This document shows, piece after piece, positions 34,684 to 41,869 of a stretch of 41,869 nucleotides of DNA; the stretch's first letter is position 1; every line of letters starts with the position of its first letter. The notes under the pieces are model-generated. The model made no database searches. It was given only the letters and a program-made list of their open reading frames with translations, and was not told where the DNA came from. The stretch comes from Tubiluchus corallicola (taxonomy: Eukaryota > Animalia > Priapulida), in NCBI GenBank assembly GCA_030141605.1, contig JAQGDQ010001422.1, positions 1 to 41,869 of the forward strand. The letters run 5' to 3'. Made by a program: the position numbers and the translations under genes.

Positions 34684-35241
34684 GAAATCAGTAAGTTTTG
34701 AAGAGGAACATCCTACTAACAATGTTGATGATAAGGCATGCTACAAGAAATAAACAGACATTATATTTTACAAACAAGTGTTTGATAACGTTGACCTGTA
34801 GTTGATGTTCAATCAAAGCAGGTGAATGCATAGATACATTTCATACAATTGTAGCAAAATTTGAACTTCAACACACAGAACTTCTTCACACACACTAAGC
34901 ATTTACATCTAGTTATATAAACAAACATGCCGGACATTCAATAAATCAAAGGTGGTAATTTAACATTTCATTTACATCAAGTTTTTGACAATATAGTAAA
35001 CAGCTTTATGAATTCTTACATAACCGAGGACAAATTCAATCGAACACAAACAGGAAAACAGCAAATTCAAAAATTATAATACAGTTTTGTAGAAAATGAA
35101 ATAAGTGAACAGGTGAAATTTCCAAAATACTAACATAATTCACTGACGAAAAATTTCAAAAAGTGTTAACTGGTATAATTCCAACATAATGGATGTAAAA
35201 GATGTAAAATTGCAGCACAATTACTACGGATGTACGAAAAC

Positions 35242-35367
35242 TTAAAATGTGCACGCCAAACCAGATGTCCACTGATGTCCACTCAGATGTCCACTGACTT
35301 GCACTCTTGTTAAGCTTCTAGGCCTCCAACTTTCTAAGAACTTCTTGACCTGCTTCTTGATCCCGTT
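35242..35367 (-). CDS. Candidate terminal coding exon of an unidentified convergent gene; reading frame ambiguous
   Basis: Minus-strand acceptor TCCTTCTTGATATTTATCGTTAG, then a purine-rich exon-like block. Phase 0: NGIKKQVKKFLESWRP...ACTF*. Phase 1: RDQEAGQEVLRKLEA*. Phase 2: TGSRSRSRSS*. Followed by T-rich, UTR-like sequence. Confidence 0.35.
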   Translation of the reverse strand, partial: NGIKKQVKKFLESWRPRSLTRVQVSGHLSGHQWTSGLACTF

Positions 35368-35605
35368 CTAACGATAAATATCAAGAAGGATACATTTCTC
35401 GAAGAAATTGAAACAAGCAAACAGTTTTATTTATTAATACGATGTGAAACCTACGTAATTCAAACATATATTTTAAGTTAATCATATATTAATTACTAAA
35501 TCTTGAAGTTAGTAAGTTCTACCCCAACAATGGCCACCAAGCAGTTAAACTTGTAAAGCAAAAAGTAGCTTGTTGCTGCTACCAGAGACTCTTGGCGAAT
35601 CTTAA

Positions 35606-36151
35606 AGGGAAACCGGACGATTGTTTAGACTCAATCTCATTTTAATTTACTGTCCAAAATATACATTTTCCTGCCTTATAAAAGTCAGCAGTTGTTTCTT
35701 ATATTTGAATTAGCTTAGAAAATTAATTAACTGCAACCGAACACAGCTATTGCTTACATCAGCAACTAACCACAGTTTGTGCAATGGTAGACATCTTCCT
35801 TTGCGCGTCAAGCACATTTGCATAAGTGTTACAGTACTGTTTAAATGCATGATGTCACGAAAAATGGTCTCTTCATGATATGACGTCAGAAACTAACGCA
35901 GCAGTTCATGATCATGGTTATCACGGTACTGCCTTCTATTATCGGCGACGCAAATGTGACAAAAAGGCGCCGCTGCCAATCTTAGTAGATTCACTGAGCC
36001 GCGCGTAGCTTTGAAAGTTTAACAAAATTTGAGTATCCGAGGTAATTATTATTTAATCTAAGCTTTGATTTAAAAAAAGCTATTGTAGTTTTCAATATTT
36101 TAGAGCATTCTTTATTCTGAACTAATGTTTACACAATCGTCCGGTCTTCCT
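35606..36151 (+). mobile_element. Kolobok-like MITE, same family as 11845-12390
   Basis: TTAA|AGGGAAACCGGACGATTG ... CAATCGTCCGGTCTTCCT|TTAA. Confidence 0.85.
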
Positions 36152-36339
36152 TTAACAACTACAAATTTAGAATTGCAGTTCATTATACGACACGAACACA
36201 CTAGTTTGCAACGGCACGTTAAAAAAACTTAGTCATTCACTACAGAAACAGAATGTACGTTGAACCAGTCTCTAAAAATGAAAACAATGATGAATTAAAT
36301 GTGACTAGCCTCTATAGGTTTAGTACACTCAATGCTTAC

Positions 36340-36354
36340 AATAAGACTTTCCAC
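36340..36354 (-). CDS. Candidate 15-nt microexon (GTGGAAAGTCTTATT)
   Basis: Minus strand TTGCACCTTTCACTGTCCTCAG|GTGGAAAGTCTTATT|GTAAGC: strong acceptor and donor, length a multiple of 3. Confidence 0.35.
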
Positions 36355-36370
36355 CTGAGGACAGTGAAAG

Positions 36371-36625
36371 GTGCAACAAACTGTGAGGAAGAGCAGCAAA
36401 CTGTGAGGAAGAGCAGCAAACTGTGAGGAAGAGCAGCAAACTGTGAGGAAGAGCAGCAAACTGTGAGGAAGAGCAACAAACTGTGAGGAAGTGCAACAAA
36501 CTGTGAGGAAGTGCAACAAACTGTGAGGAAGAGCAACAAACTGTGAGGAAGTGCAACAAACTGTGAGGAAGAGCAACAAACTGTGAGGAAGAGCAACAAA
36601 CTGTGAGGAAGAGCAGCAAACTGTG
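36371..36625. repeat. 20-bp minisatellite, ~12.5 copies (CAAACTGTGAGGAAGAGCA(G/A))
   Basis: Direct reading. Confidence 0.96.
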
Positions 36626-37531
36626 CTGAAATCAATTTTACACCTATTGTTGAGCAAGCAAACTTCTGTGCTGAAATCAATTTTACACCTATTGTTGAGC
36701 AAGCAAACGTCTGTGCTGTTTAAAACTAACAATGATTAACTTTGTAAATTTTATTTGTTGTTTTATCTCATTCAGTATTAATTGTTTTGGCTTGGCATTT
36801 TTTCTGTAGTTTACATTTGTCATTATTGAACAATTTGTCTGTTAATAATGTCATTTTGTCATTATTGAACAATTTGTCCGTCATTATTGAACAATTTGTC
36901 TGTTAATGTCATTTTGTCATTATTGAACAATTTGTCTGTTAATAATGTCATTTTGTCATTATTGAACAATTTGTCTGTTAATGTCATTTTGTCATTATTG
37001 GACAATTTGTCCGTCATTATTGAACGATTTGTCTGTTAATAATGTCATTTTGTCATTATTGAACAACTTGTCTGTCATTATTGAACAATTTGTCTGTCAT
37101 TATTGAACAATTTGTCTGTTAATAATGTGTTCATTTTAGCTTGGCCAATGAAAATGCAGATGATATGACAGTACAATATATATTTTGAAAAAAATTGTAA
37201 AATAACTTCTATTTATGGAAATGATATGAGTGAGTTTTATATATGTGTATACGATGTCACATGCATCTTGTACGAATCTTCTGTCTAGTTATTTGTAACT
37301 TGTAGTTTTTTGGGAAACATTTGTTCTGCTCGTCAATTTTTTTCATATTGCAAATTGAAATGAGTTTTATTTGGTGAATAGAGTTGAATAAATTTTAATT
37401 CCGAACATAGTGCACGATTATTCTTTGAAATGACATGACATGTAGTAGTTCCGATAAGCCTGTAGGTTAATCACATAGTTAACCTTACCTTACGTTGTTT
37501 TTGCAGAGTAATCTTATAGCCAAATCGTGTA

Positions 37532-38070
37532 CAGCCAATCTCAGGTATAAGGTATTCGCTTATCCTTATCGCTTATATGTGAGGTAATTTACCTGGGTTT
37601 CTTTTATGCGGGACCTGAAGATATCGTCCCTTATAACCGAAAGTCGAGTACCTTGTATACGAAGATTGTGTACGTTTTTCCTATGTAAAAATCTTCGTAT
37701 ATAAGGTACTCGACTTTCCGTTATAAGGGACGATATCTTCAGGTCCCGCATAATAGAAACCCAGGTAAATTACCTCGCATATAAGGAACCCTATGGTCAA
37801 AGTGAAATTTTTAACTTCAATTTTTCGCAAACTCGGCCTTCGAACAGCTCGGTTTCCGCGGTCACATACATCTCGCATCACTGAAGGAGCTTCCTACATA
37901 CCGTTTGAATTGGATGTGTAGCAATAATCCGTAAAAATATGGGTAAGAGTACAGAAAAGTACAGGTCTAGATACACCCTCGGTCTGACTCAACTTCGGCT
38001 ATAAGGGACATCGGATATAAGGGAAGAATTTTTCCTGTACGGAGGTGTCCCTTGTATCCGAGGTTGACTG
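37532..38070. mobile_element. Longer mirror copy of the 33191-33619 MITE, with an internal 96-bp hairpin
   Basis: TA|CAGCCAATCTCAGGTATAAGG ... CCTTGTATCCGAGGTTGACTG|TA; internal inverted repeat 37572-37667 / 37690-37785. Confidence 0.8.
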
Positions 38071-41000
38071 TATATATATGTATCTGTAGGCAACAGTATC
38101 CACGCAAAACACATAAAGCAGATCATATGCATAACAACAGTTTAATAATATCTAAGACTTTTATAAAACAACAATAATAATTAGCATTTTCATACAACCG
38201 TTCTGTATCACAGATAGTTTAAGAAAGAGATTCTTCTATGTAAGTGTAAGCCTTGATGCCCTGTTTCAAATAAACTTAAAATAAATAAAACGAATGCAAT
38301 GATAAAACAAGTGTTGCAATTAGTACACGGAATCATCTCTGCATTGAGCATTAAATACTTTGCACTTAGATTAGTGTCAATTCAGTAAGTATTACAAATT
38401 TATTGCTACTCAACATGATCAACAGATGAACCGGTACTTGTATTTTTAAGAATTTATATAAGAGAATTTGATTCATCAAATGCAATGTCTTGGTAATTGC
38501 AAGTTGTAGTATCTGTAAAAATTTTAAATAGTTATTAAACTAGCTACATTGTCTAAATTGAACAACCTCAGGGATGAGAATTTTCCGCAGATACGCGGAA
38601 TTCCGAGTTTTTGGAAGACCAGCAACTTTGCCATTTTGTAAATCGCGTAAATTCATTGAGAAAATTTTTGCGGATCCAGTACATTATTTCACAAACTGAC
38701 CGCTAGGTGGCAGGCCGTCACTTTGTTTACATCACGTACATGATTGTAACCACGTGTACATCTCTATGTATAAAAATATAGAATCAATTGTGCGGAGTTA
38801 TTTGAGTCAATTGCAGACAGTTTTTATATACTTTTGCATAGGAACGGCCAGTACTTAGGCGTTTTTGACACAATTAGGTATCGTGTATCCTTGATAGTTG
38901 GGTATTTTAAATTATGCATGAAAACAAGGTAATTGATATTGTAAGTCCACTTGGAGGCTTTCTACGGTCACAAAATTGCAATTTGTCGCTGGCTCCACAG
39001 GGGGCTTTGCCCCGCAACCCACGGCCTGTTTCAGAGTTTTTTGCAATTTGTCATTCTCATCCCTGCATTACATGCTAATTAATGTACAAATTTCCCATCA
39101 AGTAACTAAGACACAAAAAATATCAGTCAAGTTTTCAATTACCCTGTTATCAATGCTACTTTCACAAGACAGATCAACTTACAGTTCTTTGTGAAGTGGA
39201 AGCCGTCATTCGGGTTCTTAAGTTACTGATTTGGACAGGAATCTTCAAAAAATACAACTTAGTTTTCAACAATCACCATACAAAGTTTGACATACTGCAA
39301 TGTGAAACGTACCGAATTGCACAAGTTGTGTAACATTATCATTTTGACATTAGACACAAACTAGTACGGAATGCGAAGCATCGGATTACTTGCTTATTAA
39401 AGCTGGACTGAAACAATGGTGATAAGCTTCCTGTTAACAAATAGATACGAGTTCTCAGTTGTCATGGAATCCAAATTTGCAACGATTTAGTAAGCATTAT
39501 TTACCCACAATTACTTAATGTTTCGTATTATATGAATGAGAAGAACAGCACAGCGAGCTGAGCGGCTCTATGGAGTTATTCGCAAGCAAGTAACCCAATA
39601 CGCCTTTTCACAGTTTAAGCAATTGACGATGATTGTGAAAAGGTCAAAGGTTAAGTGTACCAGACAACGCAGTTGTGTACGCTTGATAACGTCTCGCAGC
39701 CCATCTTGTAACAGTAACAGTTTTAACAGCTAAAACCTTACTTACATAGTTCATTTTTCCTGGTTCCTGCTAGTAAATCACTAAGAACAGACTAATGCAT
39801 AATTAAGTAAAGTCCACGTAAAACAACTGAAGTTACTGAACTAATGCGACAGACAGCTTTGCTTTACCCATCTGTCACATGATGATCGTAGTTAGCCTTT
39901 GACCTACAGCAACTGCGCATGTGCACAACGAAACTGTGAAAAGGCTCATTACAAAAAAACTTATATCAGTTTTACATTATAGATATGTACAAAATAACTT
40001 ATATCAGTTTTACGTTATAGATATGTACAAAAAGTGAACAAAATGTAACAATTGCAAAACGATTTTCTACCTACAAATCTAAAGAGAAACAAAATATCTA
40101 GTAAACTATCTGTTGTACAAGTTTGGTAATGATCGCTGCATATGTAAAGAATTTATGGTACAAAATCTAGTAAGTTTACTCTGTAGTCAAGCTAACATTG
40201 TAAAATCACGAGACGAGATTCGACAAAAGTTGAAAAAACATATTCAATACATTAATAAGTACATTGTACAACAAATTATACCGAGTATTAAAAAGATACT
40301 GGAAGTTAAAAATATCATCAGGATGTTTTGAGAATCAAACTCTCAGCTAACCAACAGTTTTTAAAAGAGCAGGATTATTTTGTGAACTTAAGACATAATT
40401 TACACGCTCCAGCAAATCTATTATGACCTCCCTGAGAGATAAGTTATAGTGGTACAGTAAATTCTCGCTTAACGGCGCTAATGTGCTCCAGCAAAGTGCG
40501 TGATTAAGCGAAAAGACACTAAACTAAACAATGTTTTGCAAAATGAAAAACCTTTCCGTAGCAAAAATCAATAATTCATGGCTATGTAAAAGCATTTAGT
40601 TATATTGTAGGAGAAAAATCAATAACATAGATTAGAAATTAAACTCTTTATAGAGTTTATTGCTTATAGTTCAACATTACATACTTCTGTTTTGCAAACC
40701 AAAATCGTGCATAAGTCGGCATAGTTAAAACTATGTTATGATACTTCAAATTTGAATACACCAAATGTCAATTTTTTGTTTTTCATAAAAACAAATATTA
40801 AATATATTGGACTTTTATATTCTAGCTTCAAATTATCGGGAAAATGTTCAAAAAATACTAAAAATCTAATTTTATAACCCCACATCCACTTCTCTGATTA
40901 GAAACTAGTACTGTAATTGTAAAAAAAACTCGTATTTTCAAACTCCGATTGTAACTCCTGGAAGGCGGCCATTTTGCTTCGGGTTTTTCTGTTGTCGAGC

Positions 41001-41486
41001 CCAGATCTTCACCAGGAAGAGCCATCTGCTGGATTTAAACATAACTTCAATGTTATAGTGTTCTTGCAAAGTCCGTAGCAGCCAACATTTGTACGGTTGC
41101 TAAGTGTTTAGTAGAAACGCGACAAAAAACACTGGCTGACTTTAACAGTGATTTCATCAAGATTATGTTTTTCAGTGTGCAGCCTGCACCTCAACTTCAA
41201 CGTGGATTATCTCAGCTTAGAAATAACATTGAGCAATGAACTTGATATAAAAATGATCCTCATGAAATGGAGATTCAGGATATGTGAATAACTAGAAAAA
41301 CTTAACTGCCGACTTATGGACGATTTTGTTATGCAAGCGCACATTTGTCTAATAAAAAAAGCTTAATTAAATTACTTAAATTAGGGTTAAAAAATTGTTG
41401 TTAAAATGAAACATGCAGCCATTAAGTGAAAAAAATGTGTCAAAAAATTAGCGTCGCTAAGCGGGGCACCGTTAAGCGAAGACTTA

Positions 41487-41869
41487 CTGTACTACGCACA
41501 GAGAATTAATGTAACTTTTACATTACTTGCTGTATTACGCACAGAGAATTAATGTAACTCACATTACTTGCTGTACTACGCACAGAGAATTAGTGTAACT
41601 TTTACATTACTTGCTGTACTACGCACAGAGAATTAATGTAACTTTTACATTACTTGCTGTACTACACACAGAAAATTAATGTAACTTTTACATTACTTGC
41701 TCTACTAGACACAGAAAATTAATGTAACTTTTACATTACTTGCTGTACTACGCACAGAGAATTAATGTAACTTTTACATTACTTGCTGTACTACACACAG
41801 AAAATTAATGTAACTTTTACATTACTTGCTCTACTAGACACAGAAAATTAATGTAACTTTTACATTACT
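41487..41869. repeat. 43-bp minisatellite, ~9 copies (mirror of 29567-29736)
   Basis: Direct reading. Confidence 0.93.

Larger units (their letters stand above)
36621..41869 (-). repeat. Right arm (>=5.25 kb) of giant inverted duplication; runs to the window edge
   Basis: Colinear reverse complement of 29567-34515 with substitutions, indels and different minisatellite copy numbers. Confidence 0.96.

Noticed and set aside
29567-41869. Autonomous foldback, Polinton or other giant TIR transposon
   Set aside because: There is no transposase, integrase or polymerase ORF. The arms consist of ordinary host DNA with nested MITEs, and a TSD cannot be assessed at the window edge.

Overview
AT-rich, intron-rich animal (invertebrate-like) genomic DNA. 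No prokaryotic operons or CRISPR arrays are present, and the species cannot be called from sequence alone. (1) The + strand carries a multi-exon AGC-group Ser/Thr kinase gene of the RSKR/SGK494 type (WPVP..LFLP, GKGAFG, AMK, QCKDEV, YRDIKMEN, DFG, TICGT, APE). I reconstructed 15 exons from about 390 to a TGA at 29369-29371 using GT-AG sites and matching phases. After the kinase domain the frame continues through six more exons, including one of 2708 nt. This adds an apparently disordered tail of about 1,060 aa with YxN, PPxY and PxxPxK motifs. (2) The introns are packed with solo LTRs, nested MITEs (hAT-, Tigger/pogo-, Kolobok- and piggyBac-like), a SINE, a LINE scrap and many unrelated minisatellites. 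These repeats explain nearly all the long ORFs in the track. (3) The last 12.3 kb is a giant inverted duplication with arms at about 29567-34515 and 36621-41869. The right arm reaches the window edge. The ~2.1-kb spacer may contain a 15-nt microexon and the last exon of a convergent minus-strand gene. All alignments were done by eye; identities were not computed.
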